Virus record (IMG/VR): IMGVR_UViG_3300028840_002113
Strand: one strand, 5' to 3'
DNA: 64,000 nucleotides
Origin: a virus
In this document: positions 43,154-52,748 of the stretch, piece after piece
Layout: the number at the start of each line of letters is the position of its first letter
Position numbering within the stretch: the stretch's first letter is position 1
Program-made: the position numbers and the translations under genes
Notes under the pieces: generated by a model
What the model was told of the DNA's origin: nothing
The model's input: the letters and a program-made list of their open reading frames with translations, nothing else
Databases searched by the model: none

Positions 43154-43489
43154 ATGCCTTCAAGAATACATCAATTCGACGTGGGAACCGAATTCATTAT
43201 GCAGATAATGGACGGTCCGCAACCTCTGCCTCTTGGCGATGCGACCGTCAAGATTCTCGAATTCCTTTTACCCGACGGTTCGGTCATTGAAAAAGATGCC
43301 GAGCTGTTCGAAATATCCGGCGATGATGGAAAGCTAATCTATACGGCAGAGGAAGGATTCCTTTCTCAGGTCGGCGACTGGGAATGGCAAGCCTACGTCG
43401 TGAAGCCGAGCGGGAAATGGCATTCGGACAAGGATGAGTTCACCGTCTATCCTAACATAGGAAACGCTGAACATGACCATACGTCCTGA
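43154..43489 (+). CDS. hypothetical protein (beta-rich, possibly structural)
   Basis: 111-aa ORF with GAGGGA upstream. Confidence 0.5.
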   Translation: MPSRIHQFDVGTEFIMQIMDGPQPLPLGDATVKILEFLLPDGSVIEKDAELFEISGDDGKLIYTAEEGFLSQVGDWEWQAYVVKPSGKWHSDKDEFTVYPNIGNAEHDHTS

Positions 43490-43670
43490 TCGTGATAGAC
43501 CCACGATCCTGAGGGGACCGAAATGCAAGGATTGTGGATGCCGTTATTTATATTTCCAGGGGAAATACGAATGCCGATGTGGACGGTTTTCCTTTTCAGA
43601 GATGCTCGATAGAAAGCAAGACGCGAGGAAGGAAAAGAACGATGGCTCACACAGAACAGATTCAGTGTAA
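43473..43670 (+). CDS. hypothetical zinc-ribbon protein
   Basis: CKDCGC ... CRCG. 65 aa. Confidence 0.4.
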   Translation: MTIRPDRDRPTILRGPKCKDCGCRYLYFQGKYECRCGRFSFSEMLDRKQDARKEKNDGSHRTDSV

Positions 43671-43761
43671 AAAGTGCGGAGGAAAGTTCGGGGCATTCAT
43701 TCCTGACGGGGCGAAATGGATTGAGTGTCCATTCTGCAAACACAAAATGAGGATCAAATGA
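43642..43761 (+). CDS. zinc-ribbon micro-protein (39 aa)
   Basis: MAHTEQIQCKKCGGKFGAFIPDGAKWIECPFCKHKMRIK. ATG 43642 lies inside track ORF 43534..43761. Confidence 0.4.
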   Translation: MAHTEQIQCKKCGGKFGAFIPDGAKWIECPFCKHKMRIK

Positions 43762-44054
43762 TGGCGGAAGAACAGAACGATACGCCGATCGAGGATCAGG
43801 GAGTGGAAAGCAAGATGGTTGACATGGCGAACGCTCTCGAGGTCCTCAAGAAACTCGAAGAAAAAGGGAACGATGAAATTTCCTACGGCTCGCTCGCCTT
43901 CTGGATTTCGATCGTTAAGAAGTGCGAGCGTATCCCGGACGGAATCTCCATGGCGGACTTCCATTCGTTCTTGTGTCAGAACGCGCAGAAGTTCGCAACC
44001 GTCGCAGTTCGCGAAGAGATTAAGGGAGGAGAGAACGATGCCGGAAACAATTAA
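43758..44054 (+). CDS. hypothetical protein
   Basis: ATG 43758 overlaps the upstream stop (ATGA). Confidence 0.5.
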   Translation: MMAEEQNDTPIEDQGVESKMVDMANALEVLKKLEEKGNDEISYGSLAFWISIVKKCERIPDGISMADFHSFLCQNAQKFATVAVREEIKGGENDAGNN

Positions 44055-44808
44055 GCTCCCAGGGTTGATTCTGGTCGCCCCTCATGCACAGCTCGTCGCA
44101 GAGGGCAAGAAAACGGTCTTCGTCAAGTCGGAGTCATTAAAGAAATATGTCGGGGAAGAAGTCTTCGTGGTCGAAGGCGGAAAGGCATGGGCAAGGATCG
44201 CATTCAGTTCCCCAAAGAAAATCACAATCAAGCAATTCGAATCCATGAGGCGTCGCCATCAGATCTCCGATGAGGAGCGGAAACGATGGTGGAAAGGCAA
44301 GCGGAATCTCTATTACTATTCGATCCATCTACTCGAAAGCTACATTCCGCCTCTGGATGCCGAATACCCTGATGGACCGCAAGTCTTCGCGAAGGAGGCT
44401 TCGGTGGTCATGAAGGAAGAAACGGCCAGCGAACCATCGGATACTGAGTACAGGGATATCAGGGTCATCGATCGCGGAAGGGCGGAAGAAGTGACCCATC
44501 CCGACGCAGTCAGGCTCGGCGATATCGTTTCCCATGTTGACGACCCGTCTGTTGACGACGTCGTCCTTGCTCGGCTTGACTGTGACGACTCTGTTCCCGG
44601 CCCGATCAATCCTCAGGAAAGGCAGAACGCTCCGCTGGAGCGGAAGTCTGTAGACAAAGGCTTCAAGGGGAAGCTGAACAAATGGCGGGAGCAAATGGGA
44701 AATCGCGAGGTCGTGACGCAACCTGAGTCGGTCAAGAGAATCAAGAAAGACAACGAACCCGGAGGCATCCTGGAAAGATTCAAAAAGAAGCTGCAGGAAG
44801 GTGACTGA
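44038..44808 (+). CDS. hypothetical protein, possible ASCH/PUA-like N-domain
   Basis: ATG 44038 follows GGAGGAGAGA. N-terminus: LILVAPHAQLVAEGKKTVFVKS....VGEEVFVVEGGKAWARIAF. The domain call is weak. Confidence 0.5.
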   Translation: MPETIKLPGLILVAPHAQLVAEGKKTVFVKSESLKKYVGEEVFVVEGGKAWARIAFSSPKKITIKQFESMRRRHQISDEERKRWWKGKRNLYYYSIHLLESYIPPLDAEYPDGPQVFAKEASVVMKEETASEPSDTEYRDIRVIDRGRAEEVTHPDAVRLGDIVSHVDDPSVDDVVLARLDCDDSVPGPINPQERQNAPLERKSVDKGFKGKLNKWREQMGNREVVTQPESVKRIKKDNEPGGILERFKKKLQEGD

Positions 44809-46406
44809 TGGCTGGACCAAAGCTAAAAGAACGCATCCGGCGTTCCGCTCAAGGCGAAGGTGATGCTGGAGCCTTGGAAGTGATAATGGAAGGTTCGACG
44901 CCGATCGAAAAGCGGGACGGATCAAGGTCCCGACTGGAAGTGACCGTCGTTCCAACCTTGGCCTTCGTGGAATATGCCGGATCAAACGTCGAAGAGCCTC
45001 CGTTCAATATCGAGGATTGGGCGATCGCCCCTGAGTTCTCGACGAGGCTTTCTTCCTGCATCAATATCCGTGCGATGAATGCAGCTGGGCACGGATGGGA
45101 AGTCGTTCCGAAGCTCAAGTACGACAGGAAGATTTCCAGGTCGCGCAAGGAGCTCACGGACGAAGAGAGAAAGGCGATCGACCAGCTGCAAGACGAGATC
45201 GACGCTGAAAGGGAAATCGTCGAGGAATTCTTGGAGAGCTGTAACAGGAAGAAGTCGTTCACCAAGATTCTCGTCACAGTCGTGGCCGACAGGGAAGACG
45301 TCGGGAACGGCTATATGTCGGTCTTCCGCGCTCTCGCCAGTACACAAGGACAGGTCGCAGGAAGGCCGAAAACGCTTGACAGGGTTGTCGGGCATACCGT
45401 TCGCATCAAGAAAGAGGGCGGATACGTCGCAAGGAATCCTCAGGGTCAATATGTCCACTACAAAGAATTCGGCGACGAACGCCTGATCGATAGCAGGGAC
45501 GGCAAAGAGCATGACAAACGGAAGGGTCCGCTGGAGCCGAAGTACCATGCAAGGGAATTGATCCATTTCCTGATCGAAGGTTTTCGGGTCACGTCCTACG
45601 GTATTCCTCGGCACCTATCAACCGGACCAGCCATCGCGGGAAACCGTTTCGCTTCGGAGCGGAACGCAGCTTTCTTCGAGAACGATGCGACGCCACGATT
45701 GGCGATCGTGGTTCAAGGTCCATACCGTTTGTCCAAGGATAGCCGAGATGACATCAAGGCTTTCCTCGATAGGAAAGGAAAGGGTCAGGGCAATCAGGGT
45801 CGCGTCATGATTGTCCAGGCAGGGAAACGCGAAGGTACGATGACCGAGAAGGAAGACGTGAAAATCGACTTCCACAAACTCACGGTCGGCGTGTCGGAAG
45901 AGGCCGGATATTTGAAATACCAAGACAGGAATGATAACGAGATTGCCGAGGCATTCGGCATCCATCCGGTCTTCTTTTCTAAGGACGCGACTCGGGCATC
46001 CATGAACGTCGGACGGTCAATCACCTTGGACCAGACATTCGAACCGGATATCAAGGACTTGGAATTCACGCTCAACAAGACCATCATTCCAGCTCTCGGT
46101 GTGGACAAGGTCATGTTGAGACTGAACCGTCCTCGAACTGTGGATACGGAAGGCAAAGCTGCCCTCTTTAAGAAATTGGAACGGACCGGAGGCGTGACGC
46201 CGAATGACGTCAGGGAATTCTTGGGCAAGCCAAGGTATCGTCAGTCGTGGGCTGATATGCCCCTGATGCTCGCCATGCAACAGCTCAAGGTCCCCGCCGA
46301 TCGTGCCGAAGGCTCGTCGCTCATAACGGACCTGATGAAGATGCACGACATGATCGAAGAGGCTTTGGACGACAGAGCCGAACTGGAAGATGACATCGAA
46401 CTCTAA
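44808..46406 (+). CDS. portal protein
   Basis: 532 aa, immediately upstream of the MuF/SPP1-gp7-family gene, which is the classical portal-MuF order. Segments GNGYMSVFR and FFENDATPRLAIVVQG are typical of portals. Confidence 0.7.
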   Translation: MAGPKLKERIRRSAQGEGDAGALEVIMEGSTPIEKRDGSRSRLEVTVVPTLAFVEYAGSNVEEPPFNIEDWAIAPEFSTRLSSCINIRAMNAAGHGWEVVPKLKYDRKISRSRKELTDEERKAIDQLQDEIDAEREIVEEFLESCNRKKSFTKILVTVVADREDVGNGYMSVFRALASTQGQVAGRPKTLDRVVGHTVRIKKEGGYVARNPQGQYVHYKEFGDERLIDSRDGKEHDKRKGPLEPKYHARELIHFLIEGFRVTSYGIPRHLSTGPAIAGNRFASERNAAFFENDATPRLAIVVQGPYRLSKDSRDDIKAFLDRKGKGQGNQGRVMIVQAGKREGTMTEKEDVKIDFHKLTVGVSEEAGYLKYQDRNDNEIAEAFGIHPVFFSKDATRASMNVGRSITLDQTFEPDIKDLEFTLNKTIIPALGVDKVMLRLNRPRTVDTEGKAALFKKLERTGGVTPNDVREFLGKPRYRQSWADMPLMLAMQQLKVPADRAEGSSLITDLMKMHDMIEEALDDRAELEDDIEL

Positions 46407-48513
46407 TCCATTCAGCGGAGTCCCTCGCGGACAGCTATTAGTCGCCCGTGATCTTGTAGCGGATTCGCTCAAGATGCTGGTCGGTCCTACGATTCTGGTC
46501 CGCAAAAAAGAGGTCTTCGGTATATTCGTAGGGACAGGACCTGACGATCCTGGTTCGCTTGAAGTTCGTGCGTTCAAATCTATGCGGGATGCTCTTGCCC
46601 GACAGATAGATAAGAACGTCAAAGGCGGTCCAGCCATAACTCGGTTCGTTAATAGTGGAATCAATATCGTAGACGGCGATATGGTCGTGGATAAGAAGGC
46701 GTTGAATAACCTTCACCGCTCGCTTCGTCGTGCGCTCGGTTCAGAGGTTGCGAAGCAAGTCAAAGGAGATATCCAAAGTATTGTAGAGACTCAGTGGAAG
46801 GCGACGCAGAATGTAGTCGCGCAATCTGTTGAGCAATTCAACCGAGCTGTATCTGCTGGGATTACAAGGGTTGATCAGCGAGTACTTGATGTTCTAAATA
46901 ATCAAAACAATTTCTTCATATCCGGTACATACGACAAGACGATGATCGATACAGTAAACAAGGTCGTCGCAGACAATGTAGAAAGGGGACTGCCGAGACG
47001 CGCTCTTGATATTAAATTGAGAAACGAACTATCCCAACAGCTTCCTCCTCGTGGCGATATGTATTACAAGGTTCTCGCGAACGACGTCGTGAATAGGGCA
47101 AGGACGTTCAGCGAGGTCAATGCCTTTGTAGAGGCAAGAATAAGACGGTACGAAATATTCGCAGTCATGGACGAACGGACGACAGAGATCTGTGAGTCAA
47201 TGGACGGCAGGATATTCGAAGTAGAAATCGCCCGTAAGATCGTCAAGGATATAACGACATTCGGAATTCCAGGGAGCGAAGCACAGGTTGATCAATTCAA
47301 GGCTCTACGTCCTTGGCTTGCATTGGATCAGGATAGGGCAGAGGCAGGAAAGAACGCTCTGTATTATCTTGATCCGGCAGGTGAACGGATGTACGTTCCC
47401 GACACTACATTCTCAGGAACAAAAGGCGACTTCACTTCTACAGGGGCGAAGACGCAACAGACGTCAAGAGAAATTCAGGACATGGCTCCGGAGAACGCCA
47501 ATCCGCCAGTCCTGCCTCCATATCATGCGAACTGTCGTACGACGACTGTTATTGATGAGGATGACGTCAGGACGCAGGAATGGACAGAACAGCTGGCCGG
47601 AAGCACATTAGGTCCAGGACAGACGTTCTTCAATGTTGGAACCGGAATCCTGACTGGAGTAACAGGAACGGGAACGACTAAGAACGGGAAGCCTGTTATT
47701 AAGACGAAGACGAAGGGCAAGACGAAGACAGAAAAGCCCGTCAAGATATTGAAGAAGCCTCTTGTGGCTCCGCCTCCACCGAAGCCTCCAGCCACGAATA
47801 AGACATTGGACGCAGCTCTTGAGAAGGCTCAGGCAAATAAGACGGCAGAATCCACGGTTCATCCGGCGACAAAAGTCACGATCAGGACAACGCCGAAGGT
47901 CCGTGAGAACATGACGAAGGCGGAAGTTACAAAAGAAATCAAGAAGGTCCGCGACGTTCTTCGTGAATTGCCTCCACAATTCTTCAACAATATTCGTTCG
48001 ATTGAATTGCATTATGCAAAGATTCAAGGGGCAAAGAGTAACGTCTTGGGGAATTGGACATACCGAGAAGGCAAGATGCGCCTCAGGATCGGTAGTCAGT
48101 TTGAATATTATTCCAAAGGAAAAAAGATTGTCGGTGGATTTACGCGAAGGAATTTCAGAGAATATTCAAAGACGATCGTACACGAAGTCGGTCATGCTGT
48201 TCATCCTGGTCCGCCTCATTCAGTTAATCCAAGGCTAAGAAGAACAGGTTTAGACAGACAGCCAGGAATGATCCCAAACGATTCATGGAGGGAATGGCTT
48301 AATTACGACGCGAAGATGCGTCGTAAGCCAAAGAAGGGTCGTGGTTCGGGCAAGTGGATATCAGACTATGCAAAGACAAATGAGAAAGAACACTTCTGCG
48401 AAGCGTTCTCGTGGTACTTTAGGGATCCAGCCCTCCTTGCGAAAAAGGAGATCGGTGCATTCGAATTCATGGAAGAACATATCAAGCCAATCGTGGAGGC
48501 ATGGAAAGGATGA
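46390..48513 (+). CDS. MuF / SPP1 gp7-family head morphogenesis protein with C-terminal HExxH zincin-like domain
   Basis: MuF core: NRARTFSEVNAF..EIFAVMDERTTEICESMDGRIFEV ... PPYHANCRTTTV. Lys/Thr/Pro-rich linker. HEVGH at nt 48181-48195, followed by ISDYAKTNEKEHFCEAFSWYF. Confidence 0.8.
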   Translation: MTSNSNPFSGVPRGQLLVARDLVADSLKMLVGPTILVRKKEVFGIFVGTGPDDPGSLEVRAFKSMRDALARQIDKNVKGGPAITRFVNSGINIVDGDMVVDKKALNNLHRSLRRALGSEVAKQVKGDIQSIVETQWKATQNVVAQSVEQFNRAVSAGITRVDQRVLDVLNNQNNFFISGTYDKTMIDTVNKVVADNVERGLPRRALDIKLRNELSQQLPPRGDMYYKVLANDVVNRARTFSEVNAFVEARIRRYEIFAVMDERTTEICESMDGRIFEVEIARKIVKDITTFGIPGSEAQVDQFKALRPWLALDQDRAEAGKNALYYLDPAGERMYVPDTTFSGTKGDFTSTGAKTQQTSREIQDMAPENANPPVLPPYHANCRTTTVIDEDDVRTQEWTEQLAGSTLGPGQTFFNVGTGILTGVTGTGTTKNGKPVIKTKTKGKTKTEKPVKILKKPLVAPPPPKPPATNKTLDAALEKAQANKTAESTVHPATKVTIRTTPKVRENMTKAEVTKEIKKVRDVLRELPPQFFNNIRSIELHYAKIQGAKSNVLGNWTYREGKMRLRIGSQFEYYSKGKKIVGGFTRRNFREYSKTIVHEVGHAVHPGPPHSVNPRLRRTGLDRQPGMIPNDSWREWLNYDAKMRRKPKKGRGSGKWISDYAKTNEKEHFCEAFSWYFRDPALLAKKEIGAFEFMEEHIKPIVEAWKG

Positions 48514-48779
48514 TTCTAAAAGATAAGGTTCTGTTCTGGGCAAATCAAGGCGTCCCTCAGAATATGGGCGACACAGAGGGCGAAGGCGAAGGTACGATGG
48601 AGGTCGAGACAGAAGAAATCCTGCCCTTGAACAAGGAAACATTCGAAGACGGTACATTCGTAGAGGCTGTTCTATTCAAGCTATATTACGAGGGATGGAT
48701 AGAAGCAGAAGACTGGGATCAAACGGAAAAAGACGTGATCGCTTTGATCGAGGAAGAACTGAAACTGCGAATTTCGTAG
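48510..48779 (+). CDS. hypothetical acidic protein
   Basis: ATG 48510 gives an ATGA overlap with the MuF stop and lies 10 nt after GGAGG. The track ORF starts at 48501. Confidence 0.5.
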   Translation: MILKDKVLFWANQGVPQNMGDTEGEGEGTMEVETEEILPLNKETFEDGTFVEAVLFKLYYEGWIEAEDWDQTEKDVIALIEEELKLRIS

Positions 48780-48787
48780 GAGGAGCC

Positions 48788-49114
48788 ATGGAAGACGTCA
48801 GAAAGCGTTTGGGCGATCTCAGGGACGAGGTCGGTGCATCAACTCCCGTGGAGAAGAAGCGTGAACGGATCGAGTTCATGTCCGGCCTGATGGGACAGCA
48901 TCAGCACAGGATTTCGTTGACGCTCACGAAGGGAAGGCTGAAAGGGACAACGGAACGGGTGAACGGACACGTTCACAAGATCGATCTTCCCGTGGACGAA
49001 CAGGGGGACGTTCTCGGGTTCTCCACGATGGAGGACAATCACAAGCATCGGGTCAGTCACACGGTCAAATCAATGGCCGACGCTTTCAAGGCAAGGAAGA
49101 AAGAGGGCAAGTAA
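48788..49114 (+). CDS. HxH-triad protein, paralogue 2
   Basis: ATG 48788 follows AGGAGGAG. Motifs: GQHQHRISLTLTKG, NGHVHKIDLPV, DNHKHRVSHTV. Confidence 0.55.
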   Translation: MEDVRKRLGDLRDEVGASTPVEKKRERIEFMSGLMGQHQHRISLTLTKGRLKGTTERVNGHVHKIDLPVDEQGDVLGFSTMEDNHKHRVSHTVKSMADAFKARKKEGK

Positions 49115-49142
49115 TCCAGAATCAAGGTATGGAGACAGATAG

Positions 49143-50393
49143 ATGCCTTTTCCAAACGAACACGCAGCTAGACTCCAGGACCCAAAGAAATTCGATCGCT
49201 TCCGGCGAGTAGCTGGCGGAAAGATCTTCGGGGGCAAGCTGGAGATCCCGAAGACGATCGGCATCATCTGGGGACATATCAAGGACGCTCCGCCGAGTGC
49301 ATGGGCAGTCCAAACACTCCGCTTCCCGACGAAAGACTGGTCCGTAAAGGATGCAGAGAAATGGCTGAAAGATAACAAGATCAAGCCGATGCTATTCGAG
49401 CCAGCAGAAAAGAAACCTGTCAAGAAGGTTCTTGGATTGCACAAGTCGATCCATTCCCTTTGGGACAAGCCTGACGAAGACCTTGCGTTCATCGGTGTAG
49501 TCAGGCAGGAAATACAATCTGCACACGAAGCCATCGTTGCGGAAATGCAAGAGGCAGGACTGGAGCACGGTTCTATTCTCATTGGCGATATTAGAAAGGA
49601 GGAATCATACAAACCTCCACAATCTGTGCAGAACGCAGCTCAACTCGGTCTTGATCTAAGAGAAGAATTCAAAAGAGGGGGGACTGCCGTAGGGGTTGCG
49701 AGAGCAAGGGATCTATCGAACGCAAAGAATATTTCTTTGGATACGATCAAAAGAATGGTCTCATATTTTGCCCGTCATGCTGTGGATGCCGAAGCCAAAG
49801 GCGACAAGAGTCGTGGATTCTGGGAGGATAAAAAGAACCCTTCGGCTGGATGGATTGCTTGGCTTCTATGGGGAGGCGACCCTGGAAAGAAATGGGCTGA
49901 ATCAATATATTCACGAGTAGAAAAACAAGACCCATTCTCTTTCGGTCCTGCTGAGGTTTCAGAGCATATCTACAATCGGTCCATAGATGCGTTTCAGCCG
50001 ATCGCAACCGATGAGGGACCGGAACTGAACGCAAAGATCCTGAAGGCGGATACAGATGAGCGTATCGTCTGTGGAATTGTTCTTGAACCGAATACCGTGG
50101 ACGCACAAGACGACATCGTTTCTGAAGATGAGGTTCGCAAAGCTGCACACTATTGGATCGCCAATTCTCAGAAGATTGGATATCAGCATTCAAATTTCAA
50201 AAAGAAATTCAAATTGCTGGAAAGCTATATCGCCCCTTCAGAACTGATAATCAACGGGCAGACAGTAAAGAAGGGGTCGTGGGTTCTCGTCGTCAAGGTG
50301 ATCGACGATAAAACATGGAAAGAGGTCAAGTCCGGCGAGATCACCGGATTTTCGATTGGCGGGACCGGAACGCGGTCCGAAGCAAAAACCTAA
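49143..50393 (+). CDS. putative prohead protease / head maturation protein (XkdF-like C-domain)
   Basis: N-terminal MPFPNEHAARLQDP box. The C-terminal ERIVCGIVLEPNTVDAQDDIVSEDEVRKAAHYW...GYQHS...ITGFSIGG resembles the XkdF / S78_2 family. Lies between the portal block and the scaffold. Confidence 0.5.
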   Translation: MPFPNEHAARLQDPKKFDRFRRVAGGKIFGGKLEIPKTIGIIWGHIKDAPPSAWAVQTLRFPTKDWSVKDAEKWLKDNKIKPMLFEPAEKKPVKKVLGLHKSIHSLWDKPDEDLAFIGVVRQEIQSAHEAIVAEMQEAGLEHGSILIGDIRKEESYKPPQSVQNAAQLGLDLREEFKRGGTAVGVARARDLSNAKNISLDTIKRMVSYFARHAVDAEAKGDKSRGFWEDKKNPSAGWIAWLLWGGDPGKKWAESIYSRVEKQDPFSFGPAEVSEHIYNRSIDAFQPIATDEGPELNAKILKADTDERIVCGIVLEPNTVDAQDDIVSEDEVRKAAHYWIANSQKIGYQHSNFKKKFKLLESYIAPSELIINGQTVKKGSWVLVVKVIDDKTWKEVKSGEITGFSIGGTGTRSEAKT

Positions 50394-50404
50394 AGAGGTG
50401 AATC

Positions 50405-51310
50405 ATGCCGAAGAACTTGAGTGACATCAAAGGCAAGGAAGTTTCTTTGGTCGATCGTGCGGCCAATAAAAAGAAATTCCTTTTAGTCAAGAGTGACAAG
50501 GAGGGAGCTATGGCGGAAGAAGTTCAGTTCCTCGAGCTGGAATCGTTCGTCGGTCAGACGATTCCGGCAGAGGTTCTGTCCGAGGTCATCAAGTCTGCAA
50601 AGGTTGTCATTGACCGAGCTGTCGCTCTTTCGGAAAAACTGGAAAGCTTCCAAAAGAGCGAAGACGACCTGGATGGCCTTTCGGCCAATGAGGTCGTCGA
50701 AGAATTCCAAGTCGTGGAGAAGGTCCTCGGATCGATTCTCCGAAACCCGCAACCCGAAACCCCGAACAAGGAGGATGGTCAAGTGAAGGGCGACGAAGAC
50801 GTCAAGAAAGACGAGGGAACGAAGCCCGACGCCGACCCGAAGGGCGAAACCGAAAAGGTCGCCTTCCTCGAGAAAGCTTTCAAAGAGCTGACCGAGAAGG
50901 TGGGGGACCTGACCACGTCGGTGGAATCGCTCAAGAAGTCGGCCGAGGCGAACCAGGACAAAGCCAAGGAAGGCGACGACAAGGGCAAGGAAGACGTGTC
51001 CAAGAAGGACGAGGCTCCGGCGTTCGACGCGGACAAGATCCTCGAAGACGTCCGGAAGGAGATCGACGAGCGGTCCAAGAAGCTCGTCTCCATGTTCCAG
51101 GAGGCCGCGACCGAAGAATTCAAGGAGTTCGGTCAGGTCCTCAAGGACGTGGCGGAAATCAAGAAGGCTCTCGGAGGCGAGGGCGACACGCAACCGGAAG
51201 GGGAAACGAAGCCTTCCGCCAGGACCTACGGTCACGGCGAGGAGGACCGGGAGATCACCAGCGAGGAGAACCCGTTCTTCTCCATCTTCGAGTCCGTGAA
51301 GGACTTCTGA
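50405..51310 (+). CDS. putative scaffolding protein
   Basis: 301-aa acidic K/E/D-rich sequence with predicted helical character. Immediately upstream of the major capsid gene. Confidence 0.5.
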   Translation: MPKNLSDIKGKEVSLVDRAANKKKFLLVKSDKEGAMAEEVQFLELESFVGQTIPAEVLSEVIKSAKVVIDRAVALSEKLESFQKSEDDLDGLSANEVVEEFQVVEKVLGSILRNPQPETPNKEDGQVKGDEDVKKDEGTKPDADPKGETEKVAFLEKAFKELTEKVGDLTTSVESLKKSAEANQDKAKEGDDKGKEDVSKKDEAPAFDADKILEDVRKEIDERSKKLVSMFQEAATEEFKEFGQVLKDVAEIKKALGGEGDTQPEGETKPSARTYGHGEEDREITSEENPFFSIFESVKDF

Positions 51311-51328
51311 TCCGGGAATCCAAGGCCA

Positions 51329-51346
51329 GCTGACTGGGGAGTCAGC
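51329..51346 (+). terminator. 7-bp hairpin after the scaffold gene
   Basis: GCTGACT-GGGG-AGTCAGC. The T-run lies only about 17 nt downstream, so this is a weak call. Confidence 0.25.
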
Positions 51347-51410
51347 CAGAATCGGTTCAGTGTTTTTCAATGTCGTCTAAATGGAATCCAATGTTGGAGG
51401 GAAGAAAAGG

Positions 51411-52697
51411 ATGAACGGGAACGACGAAGCCATCCACAAAGCGGTCACGGGGTCTTCGTTCCTGAACGGCGGTCTGCTGAACCCGAAACAGCGCGACGTC
51501 TTTCTGATGTTCGTGCGTCGGTTCACCAAGCTGATCCCGCTCTGCAGGACGGAGATCATGGAGAATCCTCGACTCGAGGTTCCCAAGCTCCACGTCGGCG
51601 AGCCGATCACGGTCGGCCTCGCGGACAACACTCTCATCACGGAAACGGGTTCGCCTCTCTTCAACCAGATCGCCCTGGACACGGCCGAGATGGTTTCGAG
51701 ATGGCACATCACCCGTCGGGCCATCCGGAGGAACGTCGCGCGCGATCGTCTCGTGCGTCAGGTGACGGACGCGATGATGATGCAGATCGCGACCGACATG
51801 GAAAACCTCCACATCAACGGCGACATCAGCCTCGGCTCGGGAACGCCGATCAACGATCTGCTCCGCATCAACGACGGGCTGGACAAGATCACGAACGGAG
51901 CGCACATCGTCGATCACAACGGCAATTTCGTGTCGAAACAGCTGTTCGCCAATATGATCCGCCGGATGCCGGACGCATACCAGGACGATCCGGGTCTGCG
52001 GTTCTTCATCCCTCGGTCCATCGAAGTGGACTGGGTCGAGCTGAACAGCCAGCGAATCGACATGATCGGCGAGCGAGCCTTCAAGGGAAACGTCGAGGCT
52101 CCGTTCGGTGTCCCCATCATCACCATCCCGCTCATGCCCTCGCGGAAGCCCGTCTCGGTGACGGTCTCGACGGCGGGTCACATCCTCGGCACGACGCAGG
52201 GTCCGTGGAACATCGTGACGGGGACGAACGACACTCTCATCATCAACCTCGGCGCGGGAAACAAGACGGTCACGCTTCCGCAGGGGGTCTTCTCGGCGCA
52301 CGAGATCGCCGCATTCATCCGGGGAACGGCGGGTCTCACAACGATCATCGCGCGGGACGACGGGTTCGGCCATCTCTATCTCGAGCATCCGACGCCGGGA
52401 TCGGCGAACACGCTCACCATCTCCGCCGCGAACGGATGGGCGACGCTCGGGATCGCGGTCGCGGCCTACGTCGGCACGGACTCGGGTTCGGCGGGAACGC
52501 TGAACGACGGCTCCATCGCATGGCTCGCGAACCCGCTGAACTTCATCTGGGGGAACCTGGACAAGACGGAAATCTACACCGAATTCGAAAAGGACTACGT
52601 TCGGTGGGAGACCGTCGTGGTGAACGAAACGGACACGCAGGTCGAGTCGCTGGACAAGGTCGTCAAGGGGATCAACGTCCGACGCCGTCCTTACTAA
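51411..52697 (+). CDS. major capsid protein (putative)
   Basis: ATG 51411 lies 9 nt after GGAGGG (the track ORF starts at 51381). 428 aa. Follows the scaffold gene and is followed by a hairpin. The call is positional. Confidence 0.55.
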   Translation: MNGNDEAIHKAVTGSSFLNGGLLNPKQRDVFLMFVRRFTKLIPLCRTEIMENPRLEVPKLHVGEPITVGLADNTLITETGSPLFNQIALDTAEMVSRWHITRRAIRRNVARDRLVRQVTDAMMMQIATDMENLHINGDISLGSGTPINDLLRINDGLDKITNGAHIVDHNGNFVSKQLFANMIRRMPDAYQDDPGLRFFIPRSIEVDWVELNSQRIDMIGERAFKGNVEAPFGVPIITIPLMPSRKPVSVTVSTAGHILGTTQGPWNIVTGTNDTLIINLGAGNKTVTLPQGVFSAHEIAAFIRGTAGLTTIIARDDGFGHLYLEHPTPGSANTLTISAANGWATLGIAVAAYVGTDSGSAGTLNDGSIAWLANPLNFIWGNLDKTEIYTEFEKDYVRWETVVVNETDTQVESLDKVVKGINVRRRPY

Positions 52698-52713
52698 TCG
52701 GGGTGAGGACTGC

Positions 52714-52739
52714 TCCTGACCTGAGTTCTTTTTCAGGAG
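52714..52739 (+). promoter_or_regulatory. hairpin after the capsid gene whose 3' arm overlaps the next SD
   Basis: CTCCTGA (52714-52720) pairs with TCAGGAG (52733-52739). AGGAGG at 52735-52740 serves ATG 52749. Confidence 0.35.
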
Positions 52740-52748
52740 GAACGAGAT

